From positions 24,898 through 88,897 of IMG/VR virus record IMGVR_UViG_3300020177_001482: 64,000 bases of DNA. One strand, written 5' to 3'. Shown here piece after piece: positions 18,760 through 28,470 of this stretch; within the stretch, counting starts at the first letter, position 1; every line of letters begins with the position of its first letter. A program made the translations under genes and the position numbers. The DNA is from a virus. The notes beneath the pieces were generated by a model. That model was not told where the DNA came from and searched no databases. It saw only the letters and a list, made by a program, of their open reading frames with translations.

Positions 18760-19259
18760 CAGTGAGAGCAAAGACCCTAGTCAAGGACAAATTTTGGATT
18801 GTCGAGCAAAACGGCCAAAAGTTAGGTACCCTTCAGAAACAAGAAGACAACGGTTGGATATTCCTCAGCAAACAGAAGGACAAGGAGGTGTTCCACACGC
18901 AGGAGAGCCTGTTCACAAAGTTTGGATTTGGAATGTTTGATGAATCAAATAATAAAAAACCAGAAGAAGAGGTGCAAATGGACAACTTTGATGTTCACGG
19001 TTACCCTTGTAGCCAACATCCTTACAATCCAATGTTCGATGTTCAGAAACAATTACCCGTTTACACAAAGACACCAAAATCAAAAAGCCAATTCTGTGCA
19101 GGTTACTACATAATCTGTTTTGAAAAGGGATGGAGGAAGGCATACTGTCCAAAAATGATAACACTTTCAAGGTACGAATACAAGGGTCCGATGACGACCA
19201 AACTAGAAATGCAACAGATACTAAATGACGCAGTCAAACAATTCCAAGATTCAAACTAG
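18756..19259 (+). CDS. Hypothetical phage protein
   Basis: Coupled ORF (ATGA overlap). Confidence 0.75.
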   Translation: MTVRAKTLVKDKFWIVEQNGQKLGTLQKQEDNGWIFLSKQKDKEVFHTQESLFTKFGFGMFDESNNKKPEEEVQMDNFDVHGYPCSQHPYNPMFDVQKQLPVYTKTPKSKSQFCAGYYIICFEKGWRKAYCPKMITLSRYEYKGPMTTKLEMQQILNDAVKQFQDSN

Positions 19260-19485
19260 ACCCATAGAAGATCTCATAGGCAGGATCAGGACCCTACGTC
19301 AAAAGGGCGAAAGACAGATCGTGATCCCGGCCAAAGAAGCAGGTCAACTGGCGGACAGCCTCACACAGGTAATGACACGTATGGTCACAATACAGGAAGA
19401 GATCATCGAAGCACTTAAAACAGCCAAGGAAGCACAGACCATTGACATAGAGATGGATGGCGGTGGTTTTGGGGATGAAAAATAA
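19225..19485 (+). CDS. Hypothetical protein
   Basis: Coiled-coil ORF ending MDGGGF. Confidence 0.7.
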   Translation: MTQSNNSKIQTRPIEDLIGRIRTLRQKGERQIVIPAKEAGQLADSLTQVMTRMVTIQEEIIEALKTAKEAQTIDIEMDGGGFGDEK

Positions 19486-20260
19486 TACAATCAAAGTAAT
19501 TTTTGATAACGATATTGATATCGATTATCATCTGAATGATACTGAATTGTCAAGATTATGGGCAAGAAAGATCAAACACCTACAGAATATACCTATCGAT
19601 CCGGTTGAATCATACCTCGAAGACGTATCAGACTTCAAAAGAATATACCAGGAATTCTGTGAATTTGCAAATATTGAACCAATAGATATCGATAATCTCG
19701 ATCAGAACAAGTTAAATCAACTGCACAGAGTATATGAAGAACAACACCAGAGATTATCTCGCCTAAAAGACAACTCAATACTCTACAAACTACATCATTC
19801 TATACATTTCCATGAAGGACATACCACAGACGATCAAGGCATTTTCATAGGATGGGGCAAATATGAAGGACCGCTGACACATGAATACAAATGCCACAGC
19901 CTCTACGAAGACAGCATCATAAAAAATCACATTTACCTGCCATGGTCCGAGCTTGGCAAAAGACCACTAGCATACTGGAAGGACAAGGAACCCAATGATC
20001 AGTATAGATTCAATGCCCTAGCAAAACCGCACACAACGTTCAGGGCTAAATTCTTCATAGCAACCAAAGATATCGCCCCTAGACCGTTTAATTCAGACTT
20101 TGTAACCTGGTTTGATAGATACAAGCAGGGATGGCTCGAGCATAATAAAATAGATGGGTGGGAAAACATACACGAGGATTCCGCCCCGTTGTTGGCCATT
20201 ACTGATTACAAAGGCAATCTTGAGGGTTTAAAATTTAAAAAAATAATCATTAACAAATAA
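19475..20260 (+). CDS. Hypothetical protein
   Basis: Long ORF, His-rich LHHSIHFHE segment. Confidence 0.7.
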   Translation: MKNNTIKVIFDNDIDIDYHLNDTELSRLWARKIKHLQNIPIDPVESYLEDVSDFKRIYQEFCEFANIEPIDIDNLDQNKLNQLHRVYEEQHQRLSRLKDNSILYKLHHSIHFHEGHTTDDQGIFIGWGKYEGPLTHEYKCHSLYEDSIIKNHIYLPWSELGKRPLAYWKDKEPNDQYRFNALAKPHTTFRAKFFIATKDIAPRPFNSDFVTWFDRYKQGWLEHNKIDGWENIHEDSAPLLAITDYKGNLEGLKFKKIIINK

Positions 20261-20354
20261 CCATATCAATAGGTTGCAACGATGACATCCACGCCCGTCC
20301 AATACTCACGCACGATCAGATTTTTGGTAAATATACATAGTAAAGAGTGATTCT

Positions 20355-20642
20355 ATGAGTAGACCAAAACCCACAGTGTTGTTACAACACAGCAATAAAG
20401 CCACATTCAAAATGGACGAGGTCCTGGCGGCCGAGGGAATCTGGGCGGTGTTCTACGATGGCAAACCCATCAACTTGAAAAGTTCAAGTTTGGTCGCCAA
20501 CTACCCGGGACCAAAGTACAAGAAAGTTTCATTCTCAAACCCAGGACACGCAGAGAACCTGGCCATGAAGTTGAACGCACAGCACAACACAGACAAGTTT
20601 GGTGTTTACCTTTTAAAATCCGGCGACAAATTCACTAGATAA
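20355..20642 (+). CDS. Hypothetical phage protein
   Basis: MSRPKP...YKKVSFSNPGHA; TAAATA upstream at 20328. Confidence 0.75.
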   Translation: MSRPKPTVLLQHSNKATFKMDEVLAAEGIWAVFYDGKPINLKSSSLVANYPGPKYKKVSFSNPGHAENLAMKLNAQHNTDKFGVYLLKSGDKFTR

Positions 20643-20653
20643 TTAACTACACA

Positions 20654-21049
20654 ATGGATCGCAAGACAGCCTACACCCGGACCTTCCTCGAACTCTTGGA
20701 ACAACCCACTCACGACGAGAGCATAAAAACCAACTACTACACTTGGTGGCAGAACGTGAGGGAAAGTTATCAAGCACGATCGTTGAGATTGACCAAACCC
20801 GGACTTGAAATGATTGAAAAGTTGGACCTCAAAACCTATGACATCAAATTCCCTGCGAAAGTCATATTCACTCCACAGACCTATCTCTGGTTGGATGAAT
20901 TCGTTGACTGTCCATACTACGTTGACAAGAAGAAGATCATCGTGACCATGGAGAAAATGGCGCTACAACTGATGCTTTTCGCTGGAGATATCACAAAATA
21001 CGGGCTCGCACGTGCGATGAGCAAGATGGACGAACAAAAAGATCAATAA
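20654..21049 (+). CDS. Hypothetical phage protein
   Basis: 131-aa ORF (SLRLT..G, CPYY). Confidence 0.75.
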   Translation: MDRKTAYTRTFLELLEQPTHDESIKTNYYTWWQNVRESYQARSLRLTKPGLEMIEKLDLKTYDIKFPAKVIFTPQTYLWLDEFVDCPYYVDKKKIIVTMEKMALQLMLFAGDITKYGLARAMSKMDEQKDQ

Positions 21050-21070
21050 AACTGCGACTTTTTAGCCACA

Positions 21071-21107
21071 TTTACCAGGTTGACGCCTAACACATTCCTG
21101 CTATAAT
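21071..21107 (+). promoter_or_regulatory. Sigma70-type promoter with upstream TTTACCAGG box
   Basis: TTTACCAGG-TTGACG-16 nt-(TGc)TATAAT. Confidence 0.75.
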
Positions 21108-21141
21108 CGTATTATAAACATTTTAAACAGGAGTGTACAAA

Positions 21142-22248
21142 ATGGCAAGAGCTAACAAAAACAAAGAGGCGGCAATAGGCAGTCAGAACAGAACAGTTTC
21201 ACCCAACGAGGCGAAATCAGCACTAACACATTGTATCAAATTACAGAGACCCATAATGATGTGGGGTGCACCAGGTATTGGTAAGTCAGACATCGTTAAA
21301 CAGATCGCAGACTCTGAGGGCAGAGAAGTGATCGACATCAGACTTCCACTATGGGAGCCAACAGACATCAAGGGTATTCCTTATTACAATTCAAAAGAGA
21401 ACAACATGGTCTGGGCGAGTCCGGCAGAATTGCCAACAGACCCCAAGAGTAAGGCGATAGTGTTCTTGGACGAGTTGAATTCGGCGGCACCGGCTGTACA
21501 GGCGGCGGCGTATCAATTGATTTTAAACAGAAGAGTAGGACAGTATCACCTACCAGAAGGCGTTTCAATCGTGGCGGCGGGTAACAGAGATTCGGACAAA
21601 GGTGTCACTTACAGGATGCCGGCTCCATTGGCAAACAGATTCGTTCACATAGAATTAAGAGTGGACTTCGAGGACTGGATGGAATGGGCGACCAACCAAC
21701 ACGTACACGCAGATGTTGTGGGTTACTGCACATTCGCCAAACAAGATTTATACGATTTTGATCCTAGAGGTAGTTCTAGATCATTCGCAACTCCTAGATC
21801 ATGGAGTTTCGTATCCCAACTTCTATCAGATGACCTGCCAGAAAGTACGCTCACTGACCTCGTAGCAGGTTGCGTAGGAGAAGGCCTGGCCGTTAAGTTT
21901 ATGAATCATCGTAAGATTAGCGGTCAGTTACCTAACCCATCTGATATATTGAGCGGCAAGGTCCGAGACCTTAAGACAAAAGAGATATCAGCGATGTACT
22001 CTCTTACAGTTTCTTTGTGCTATGAACTACAACAGGCACACGAGAAGAAAGACAAAACTTGGAATGAACAAGCGGACAGGTTCTTTAACTACATGATGGA
22101 CAACTTTGAGACAGAGTTGGTTGTTATGGGTGCGAAGATTGCCTTGACAAACTACAAACTTCCGTTCGATCCTAGCAAGTTGAAATCATTTGATAGGTTC
22201 CATAAGAAGTTTGGCAAGTACGTCATAACTGCTATGGAGTCTAAATAA
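21142..22248 (+). CDS. MoxR-like AAA+ ATPase
   Basis: Walker A GAPGIGKS, Walker B VFLDELN, AAGN, LANRF, TPRSW. Confidence 0.9.
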   Translation: MARANKNKEAAIGSQNRTVSPNEAKSALTHCIKLQRPIMMWGAPGIGKSDIVKQIADSEGREVIDIRLPLWEPTDIKGIPYYNSKENNMVWASPAELPTDPKSKAIVFLDELNSAAPAVQAAAYQLILNRRVGQYHLPEGVSIVAAGNRDSDKGVTYRMPAPLANRFVHIELRVDFEDWMEWATNQHVHADVVGYCTFAKQDLYDFDPRGSSRSFATPRSWSFVSQLLSDDLPESTLTDLVAGCVGEGLAVKFMNHRKISGQLPNPSDILSGKVRDLKTKEISAMYSLTVSLCYELQQAHEKKDKTWNEQADRFFNYMMDNFETELVVMGAKIALTNYKLPFDPSKLKSFDRFHKKFGKYVITAMESK

Positions 22249-23486
22249 TGGTTGATTATCACGATCAGAAAATAATAGACAAACTGGTTACCGCAAGGAT
22301 CGCCTTACTACTGAAGCATCCGTTCTTTGGTAACCTCGCAACTAGATTGAAACTAGTGAATGCAGATGACTGGTGTCCGACTGCTGGCACAGATGGCAGA
22401 CACTTCTTCTACAACACTAAATTCATAGATTCACTCACACCCAAAGAAGCAGAGTTCCTGTTTGGACATGAAGTACTACACAATGTATTCGAACACATGC
22501 TGGTGAGGATTGGAGACAGGGATCCACAACTTTGGAACATAGCGGCTGACTATGCCGTTAACCAGATATTGAAAGACAGCAACATCGGTGAGATGCCCAA
22601 AGGCAAGAAAGGTGAGAACAAAGGCTTCCAGGACGACAAGTACAAGGACTGGGCAAGTGAAAGAATATACGATGACCTTTACAAACAGGCCAAGAAGAAC
22701 GGCAAGAAGATGTTGGAGAAACTTGGCGAGCTGATGGACGATCACCAGGAGTGGGGTAAAAGCGATGGTCAAGGCAAGGACGGCAAAGATGGCAAGAAGG
22801 GTGGCAAAGGCAAGCCTGTGTACACCAAAGAAGAATTGAAGAAGATCAGAGATGAAGTTAAAGAAGCGATGGTGAGTGCGGCACAGAGCACAGGTGCAAG
22901 TAATTTGCCAGGTGCCCTACAGAGATTGGTAAAGGATCTCACAGAGCCTAAGATGGACTGGAGAGAAATACTGCAACAACAGATAATGAGCACATTGAAG
23001 TCTGACTACACTTGGATGAGACCCAGCAGAAAGTCATGGCACACATCTGCCATATTGCCAGGACAGAACAATGATGAGATGATTGACATATGCTTGGCAC
23101 TTGACGCCAGTGGTAGTATTAGCAACGAACAGTGTAAAGAGTTCCTTACAGAAGTTAAGAACATAATGGACCAATACAAAGACTTCAGAATACATTTATG
23201 GTCGTTTGATACTGCGGTGTTCAATCCAAAAGTGTTCACACCAGACAACGCAGACGAGTTGTTGGACTATGAATTAGGTTCAGGTGGTGGTACTGAGTTT
23301 GAATGTAATTGGGACTACATGAAGGAACAGGGCATAGAGCCTAAGAAGTTCGTGATGTTCACAGATGGCTGGCCTTTCGAGACGTGGGGTGACGAACACT
23401 ACTGTGACACAATATTCTTGATCAACAATCCATACGAGAGAGACATCGAGGCTCCCTTTGGACTAACGGTACAGTACAATGATTAG
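22248..23486 (+). CDS. Metallopeptidase-like (HExxH) plus VWA domain protein, DUF2201-like
   Basis: TAGTDG, HEVLH, WNIAADYAVN, MIDAS DASGS, GGGT, FTDG. Confidence 0.88.
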   Translation: MVDYHDQKIIDKLVTARIALLLKHPFFGNLATRLKLVNADDWCPTAGTDGRHFFYNTKFIDSLTPKEAEFLFGHEVLHNVFEHMLVRIGDRDPQLWNIAADYAVNQILKDSNIGEMPKGKKGENKGFQDDKYKDWASERIYDDLYKQAKKNGKKMLEKLGELMDDHQEWGKSDGQGKDGKDGKKGGKGKPVYTKEELKKIRDEVKEAMVSAAQSTGASNLPGALQRLVKDLTEPKMDWREILQQQIMSTLKSDYTWMRPSRKSWHTSAILPGQNNDEMIDICLALDASGSISNEQCKEFLTEVKNIMDQYKDFRIHLWSFDTAVFNPKVFTPDNADELLDYELGSGGGTEFECNWDYMKEQGIEPKKFVMFTDGWPFETWGDEHYCDTIFLINNPYERDIEAPFGLTVQYND

Positions 23487-23589
23487 GTTACTCTGGGAGA
23501 CTTTCAAAGACTGGTTCTTTAATGAAGTGTCCATATCCATAATGAGTTTTGGATTGCTATTGATAGCACTATGGAGTTACCTGTCATGA
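23479..23589 (+). CDS. Unlisted 36-aa membrane peptide (MIRLLWETFKDWFFNEVSISIMSFGLLLIALWSYLS)
   Basis: Overlaps the VWA gene stop; one TM segment. Confidence 0.55.
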   Translation: MIRLLWETFKDWFFNEVSISIMSFGLLLIALWSYLS

Positions 23590-23657
23590 TCAGTGCGATA
23601 GTAAAAGCGTCATTGCTTATGGCTTTAATTTTAATAATTTTAAATTGGATGTTGTAA
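23586..23657 (+). CDS. Unlisted 23-aa hydrophobic peptide (MISAIVKASLLMALILIILNWML)
   Basis: ATGA and TAATG coupling on both sides. Confidence 0.45.
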   Translation: MISAIVKASLLMALILIILNWML

Positions 23658-24013
23658 TGATGTTATTTCCAAACACGAATCCATACACAGGTAAACTTGA
23701 GAAGGCAAAGAACCTACGCAACTGGATGATAGATGCCGCAACAATTCTGTTTGACGATAGCAAGAATGATTTACGGGCATTGCCAAAGACCGTGAGACTT
23801 CAGATACTCGTGACTTTAAGTTTCCTATGGAGCACTGCATTCACGATCTATTTTTGGGGCATAAGAGCCGACATATGGTTGAGTTGGTTCCTAGGACACA
23901 TAGCAATAATATTCGTGGCCTACTACACTTTCAAACAATTCCATGGCAAGGCACACACAATGAAACCTTCGAAAGAGGAACCACCAATGTACGATGATGT
24001 TTGGGGTGCCTGA
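23657..24013 (+). CDS. Membrane protein (2 TM)
   Basis: Hydrophobic helices; TAATG-coupled start. Confidence 0.65.
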   Translation: MMLFPNTNPYTGKLEKAKNLRNWMIDAATILFDDSKNDLRALPKTVRLQILVTLSFLWSTAFTIYFWGIRADIWLSWFLGHIAIIFVAYYTFKQFHGKAHTMKPSKEEPPMYDDVWGA

Positions 24014-24279
24014 TGAAAGTGAATCCAAATAATTTCTTCAAGAGAGAACTAGACATATTACCACCACACTTCGTTAACACAGTGGTGAAAGCACACGAGT
24101 CCGACATAGAGAAGATGCGTAAATGGATCTACGAGAACTGCTCAGGAAGATATTCAATTACCAAAGATGTGATTTACCAAGGCGACACTTCAAGATCCAT
24201 CACTGTGCTTGGTTTCGAGAATCCCGGAGACCTGACCTTGTTCGCACTCAGTGGCAAGGCCCAAATAAATCAAAACTAA
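24013..24279 (+). CDS. Hypothetical phage protein
   Basis: TGATG coupling; WIYENCSGRY...GFENP. Confidence 0.7.
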   Translation: MKVNPNNFFKRELDILPPHFVNTVVKAHESDIEKMRKWIYENCSGRYSITKDVIYQGDTSRSITVLGFENPGDLTLFALSGKAQINQN

Positions 24280-24282
24280 CCG

Positions 24283-24311
24283 TTGCACTCCATAACTAAT
24301 TTTAGTATAAT
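24283..24311 (+). promoter_or_regulatory. Sigma70-type promoter
   Basis: TTGCAC-17 nt-TATAAT; AGGAG RBS before 24353. Confidence 0.6.
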
Positions 24312-24352
24312 ATACGTACATTAATACCAATTGCAATTAGGAGAAAAAACAA

Positions 24353-24688
24353 ATGGCAACAAAAAAGAAAAACTTAAAGAAGTCTGCCAAGACTGCTACT
24401 GCACCTAAGGAAACAGCGACGGCTCAACCTCAGGCGGCACAAGCACAGGCACAAGCACAGGCTCCACAACCGGATCCGACTGCCTTAACAATCGCAGATC
24501 TTAAGAATCTTGCTACCATACTTGACGTGGCATCCACAAGGGGTGCGTTCAAAGCCAACGAGATGGCGGGTGTAGGATTCCTATACAACAAACTACAGGC
24601 GTTCCTGGCTAAGATGGCACCGGAACAGAAACCTGAAGACACAGCAGGAGCACCGGCAACAGCGCCAGGGACTGCGGAAGGAAAATAA
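24353..24688 (+). CDS. Hypothetical protein with Ala/Gln/Pro-rich tails
   Basis: Core LTIADL..LDVASTRGAFKANEM..VG.LYNKL; strong RBS. Confidence 0.75.
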   Translation: MATKKKNLKKSAKTATAPKETATAQPQAAQAQAQAQAPQPDPTALTIADLKNLATILDVASTRGAFKANEMAGVGFLYNKLQAFLAKMAPEQKPEDTAGAPATAPGTAEGK

Positions 24689-25230
24689 TGGCGAACTTAA
24701 TGAACGTTAATGACCAGGCCATGCCAATGGGTGCAGACTCAGGAGCAGGTGAAGGTCAGACAGGTCCAAAGAGACACTTCAAACACATTGGAGAGCTCGT
24801 GGATGGTGGAGCGAAGGTTGTAATCATGTACAGAACAGTGCCTGGTGAACCCAACAACTGTCTTGTTGTAGGAACCAAGTTCTTGCCTGATATGTACCAC
24901 AATGCATTGATGAAGGCCGTTGAATCAGAAGGCGGACAAGACGCAGACGAGTTCGCGGACTTCGCCAGCAGGCAGACTTTCCCAGATGGGACCAACATGT
25001 TGGCCATGATGCACAACGACAACTACATCAAGAAGTTCAAGACCAAAGAGATCATGGTCACTTTCGGTAACACCGCTGATGGCAGGATCTTGTTGAATAA
25101 ATTGAATGAGATGGTTGCCAAAGAAAAAGGCACGACCGTGGAAGCCATGGCCGTTGATCCTGATGCACCAGCACCAGCCAAGAAGACTACCAAGAAAGCG
25201 GATGCCAAAAAGACAACCGCCAAAGAATAA
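24688..25230 (+). CDS. Hypothetical phage protein
   Basis: TAATG coupling; Lys/Ala-rich C-terminus. Confidence 0.75.
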   Translation: MANLMNVNDQAMPMGADSGAGEGQTGPKRHFKHIGELVDGGAKVVIMYRTVPGEPNNCLVVGTKFLPDMYHNALMKAVESEGGQDADEFADFASRQTFPDGTNMLAMMHNDNYIKKFKTKEIMVTFGNTADGRILLNKLNEMVAKEKGTTVEAMAVDPDAPAPAKKTTKKADAKKTTAKE

Positions 25231-25546
25231 GACATGGGTACAGTTGACGCAAGATTTCGTCAAGGAATGGCCGGAGGTGTTAGAAGGACTACAGTTCCAA
25301 AACATGCCGGTCAAGTACCTGTTATACATAGACATTATCCTAAAAAATAACATCACCATACACTACGACATAGCCAAAGAGCTGAAGACCAAGAAACAGG
25401 AAACCATCGCAAGATTCTTGAGAAAAACAATCGAAGACAATTATTTGAAAATAAAGAGTGTAGACATGAAATTTGACATACCAGCCCTGAAGAGAGACAT
25501 GCAAAACAAGACCTCGCTTATCATGGCCAAGACTTTCAAAAGATGA
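25202..25546 (+). CDS. Hypothetical protein
   Basis: WPEVL..L...NMPVKYL ORF coupled to the next gene. Confidence 0.7.
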   Translation: MPKRQPPKNKTWVQLTQDFVKEWPEVLEGLQFQNMPVKYLLYIDIILKNNITIHYDIAKELKTKKQETIARFLRKTIEDNYLKIKSVDMKFDIPALKRDMQNKTSLIMAKTFKR

Positions 25547-26181
25547 TATTAAAAAAAAACTTTTTTATTATAACAGCACATCCTGATGACATAGAAAGCG
25601 GTTGTGGAGGGCTAGTATCAAGGGTAATTGCTAGTGGAGGATCAGTGACCAATCTAATATTAGTGAAACCTTCTGCGGAACACAATGAAAAACGTGATCA
25701 ATTAATTGTTTCTGCGGAGTTAGAAAAAAGCAGTAAAATACTGAACTTCAAAACAATAATATATGACACACCGTTGCATGAAAATGGTAGGCCAAACTTG
25801 ATACTTTCGAATAACTTGATATCATACGTTGAATCACACATCAACAAACACGATATACTGATCTCGAATTGGAAGGAAGACCATCACCAAGACCACCGAG
25901 TGTGCTATGATGTCGCTAGGAGTGTTGCAAGAAAAGGTTTTGAACAATTCTGGTGCATAGACAGTCCGCTATACAACTTACACTACAAACAGTTCGATTG
26001 CAATCACTACGTGGACATCACAGATCATGTTCAACAAAAAAGAAAAGCCTTAGAATCATACGCCACATATTTCAGTGATACTTCTATTGACACTATAATT
26101 AACTATAACAAATTCAGAGGGAGTTTTTTAGGTGAAAATAAAGTTGCGGAAACATTTCATCTAATGTACAATAAAATATGA
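25543..26181 (+). CDS. PIG-L/LmbE-family deacetylase
   Basis: AHPDDIESGCGG, DHHQDH, AETF. Confidence 0.9.
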   Translation: MILKKNFFIITAHPDDIESGCGGLVSRVIASGGSVTNLILVKPSAEHNEKRDQLIVSAELEKSSKILNFKTIIYDTPLHENGRPNLILSNNLISYVESHINKHDILISNWKEDHHQDHRVCYDVARSVARKGFEQFWCIDSPLYNLHYKQFDCNHYVDITDHVQQKRKALESYATYFSDTSIDTIINYNKFRGSFLGENKVAETFHLMYNKI

Positions 26182-27179
26182 GAATTTTAGTACTAGGAGG
26201 CTACGGATTCATAGGAAGTCATATTTGCCAGGAATTAAAAGCCGAGGGACACACTATAGGTATCGTGGATTGTTATCATCAATACCACACATTTCCTGAC
26301 TGGGAATACCATCCCGTTTTGAATCAGAGAAAATCTATAACACGCACCGACAAGGAATACATTGGACAAATAGAGAACCTACAGTTCATGGAACAAACGT
26401 TTGAGGATTTCAAACCGGACAGGGTTATCCACGTGGCCACGTATCCAAACGCAAGGATGGTCAAAAGGAATGTGCTTGACGCCACCAACAACATGGTGAC
26501 TGCCACCGCTTACATACTTGACCTATGTGTTAAACACAAAGTACAAAAAATTGTTTATGCATCAAGCAGTATGGTATATGGAGAGTTTGATAACAAGATC
26601 CCGGACGAATTCGTTGTGCCAAAACCAAACACACTCTATGGATCATACAAAAGGCAAGGCGAGATCATGTGCAAGATATGGCACAGGGAGTATGGACTGA
26701 ACTACATCATAATGAGACCTTCGGCATTATACGGAGAGAAAGACACAATCACTAGGGTCATAAGCCAATTGACCAAAGCCGCACTCACCACGGGCAAGAT
26801 GACTGTGCAGGGGCCAGACAATAAACTAGACTTCAGTAATGTTCTTGACGTGGCCAAGTATTTTGCCATGGCCACAACAAATGAAGTTATCAACGAAACT
26901 TTTAACTGCACCAGAGGAAATGGAAGGAAGATAGTGCATGCCGCGGAAATCATAAGAGACACATTAGGAGTTGGGGAGATCATTACAAAGCCACATGACT
27001 CATTCTATCCAAACAGAGACACTCTTAACAGTGACAAGGCCAAGTCGATGCTGAACTTCAACCCAACTATAGACATCGAAGAAGGCATACAAAATTACAT
27101 AAATTGGTTCATGAGACAGCCTTTTTATTTTGAGAATTTAGATATTAATAAAAAATTTCAGTTGGGTACAGCAATTTAA
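26178..27179 (+). CDS. NAD-dependent NDP-sugar epimerase/dehydratase
   Basis: GGYGFIGSH, ASSSMVYG, YGSYK. Confidence 0.9.
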   Translation: MRILVLGGYGFIGSHICQELKAEGHTIGIVDCYHQYHTFPDWEYHPVLNQRKSITRTDKEYIGQIENLQFMEQTFEDFKPDRVIHVATYPNARMVKRNVLDATNNMVTATAYILDLCVKHKVQKIVYASSSMVYGEFDNKIPDEFVVPKPNTLYGSYKRQGEIMCKIWHREYGLNYIIMRPSALYGEKDTITRVISQLTKAALTTGKMTVQGPDNKLDFSNVLDVAKYFAMATTNEVINETFNCTRGNGRKIVHAAEIIRDTLGVGEIITKPHDSFYPNRDTLNSDKAKSMLNFNPTIDIEEGIQNYINWFMRQPFYFENLDINKKFQLGTAI

Positions 27180-28470
27180 ATTTGCTCCTGCAAAAATCCC
27201 ATGTGTATGTTTGAAGTATGATGTCTTCATTATAATCACTTTCCTCAGTAAATTTTTTGCCATCTAAGGCACCTTTGGCTAACCATTCGTTTTTGGTTCC
27301 TAACCATTTTTTCAATCTATACTGTCCCTCCACCGTGGGTTTTTTGTTCTGCCATAAAACTAACTTGCATACTTCTCTGAAAGCATTTTTCCATGCAGTG
27401 TAATTATCGGGTGCCAACACAGTTTCGTTTGAAATAATCGGTACGACTTCGTGCGGTTGGGATAAAGTAAAGTCTAAGATATTATCATCTGGCGTTTCCA
27501 TGCACAGTGTTTTATTGTACAAGTTGATGTTGAAGGTTCCGTACGCAATATTCAACTCCTGTAAATGTGCATAGAATATCCTGTGCCTTTTTGTTAATGC
27601 CCTGTCAACAGTGTAATCAAACATGAAAGTTTCCTTGACCTTGCTCTTTGCAAAAACGGCATAAAAATATTCTGTGCTTGATGTGGTGGACGCTTGTTTG
27701 TATGCCTGTGTCCTACCGTCTACGTTTCGTATCCAATGCAGTTTGTTTTTCAAGTTATTACGATATATGTGATTTTTCAGTAAGTCATAATTTTCTTGTT
27801 CAAATGGTTCTCCGTTAGAAATAAAGCAAATGTCAAAACAGTCTTTTTTGTCCGGAGTGCCAATGTCGTATATGAAGGGATAGTCATATATCTGTGTTTT
27901 TATATGTGACAGTGACTTGCCTGGCAAATAGAAAGTATTTCCTGACCTGTATATCTTCAAGTCTTCCCAGTAAGATGGATAGAACAAACCAACGTCTGAG
28001 GTCTCTGAATATTTCATGTATCTTGCCATGGGTATTTTGAATGTTAATATGTTTTCCATAACGTTGGACAAATCATAGTCTTGCTCTAGGTAATCAAAAT
28101 CATAATCAAAATTGTGTGTATGATAATTCACATCTTTGTAATCACGCAGGAACTTTATGTCTTGGTCGGCAAATTGTTTAGGGAATAAGAACGTATCACC
28201 TTCCTGCTGTTGTTCATTTGCCCAAACGTGAACCTGGGTGGCTTGATGCTGTTCTGGAATGTAATCAAAATCAAAATCACTGTAATCAACTTTACTGCTC
28301 AACATCCACTGGTATTCTGTGTGTGCCTCTAGTAACATTCTCTTCGCTATATGGAAATAACTGTCAACAAACGGTATGACCACCGCATGGGGAAACACAG
28401 ACTTTATCACTGCTATATTGTTCCTGCTTTTACTATTTCCAAAATCTACTGCTACGCAATCAAACACCAT
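27145..28470 (-). CDS. Glycosyltransferase-like protein (degenerate tandem GT-A domains)
   Basis: C-terminal half resembles 40122..41021 (VDGR..AYK.A...TEYFYAV, AW..AFRE..KL, GA..G) but lacks DxD. Confidence 0.55.
   Translation of the reverse strand: MVFDCVAVDFGNSKSRNNIAVIKSVFPHAVVIPFVDSYFHIAKRMLLEAHTEYQWMLSSKVDYSDFDFDYIPEQHQATQVHVWANEQQQEGDTFLFPKQFADQDIKFLRDYKDVNYHTHNFDYDFDYLEQDYDLSNVMENILTFKIPMARYMKYSETSDVGLFYPSYWEDLKIYRSGNTFYLPGKSLSHIKTQIYDYPFIYDIGTPDKKDCFDICFISNGEPFEQENYDLLKNHIYRNNLKNKLHWIRNVDGRTQAYKQASTTSSTEYFYAVFAKSKVKETFMFDYTVDRALTKRHRIFYAHLQELNIAYGTFNINLYNKTLCMETPDDNILDFTLSQPHEVVPIISNETVLAPDNYTAWKNAFREVCKLVLWQNKKPTVEGQYRLKKWLGTKNEWLAKGALDGKKFTEESDYNEDIILQTYTWDFCRSKFKLLYPTEIFY

Noticed and set aside
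20261-20354. Longest intergenic gap as a possible ncRNA or origin
   Set aside because: No convincing stem or iterons; only a TAAATA box.
24437-24460. gcacaagcacag tandem repeat
   Set aside because: Two copies encoding a low-complexity AQ linker.
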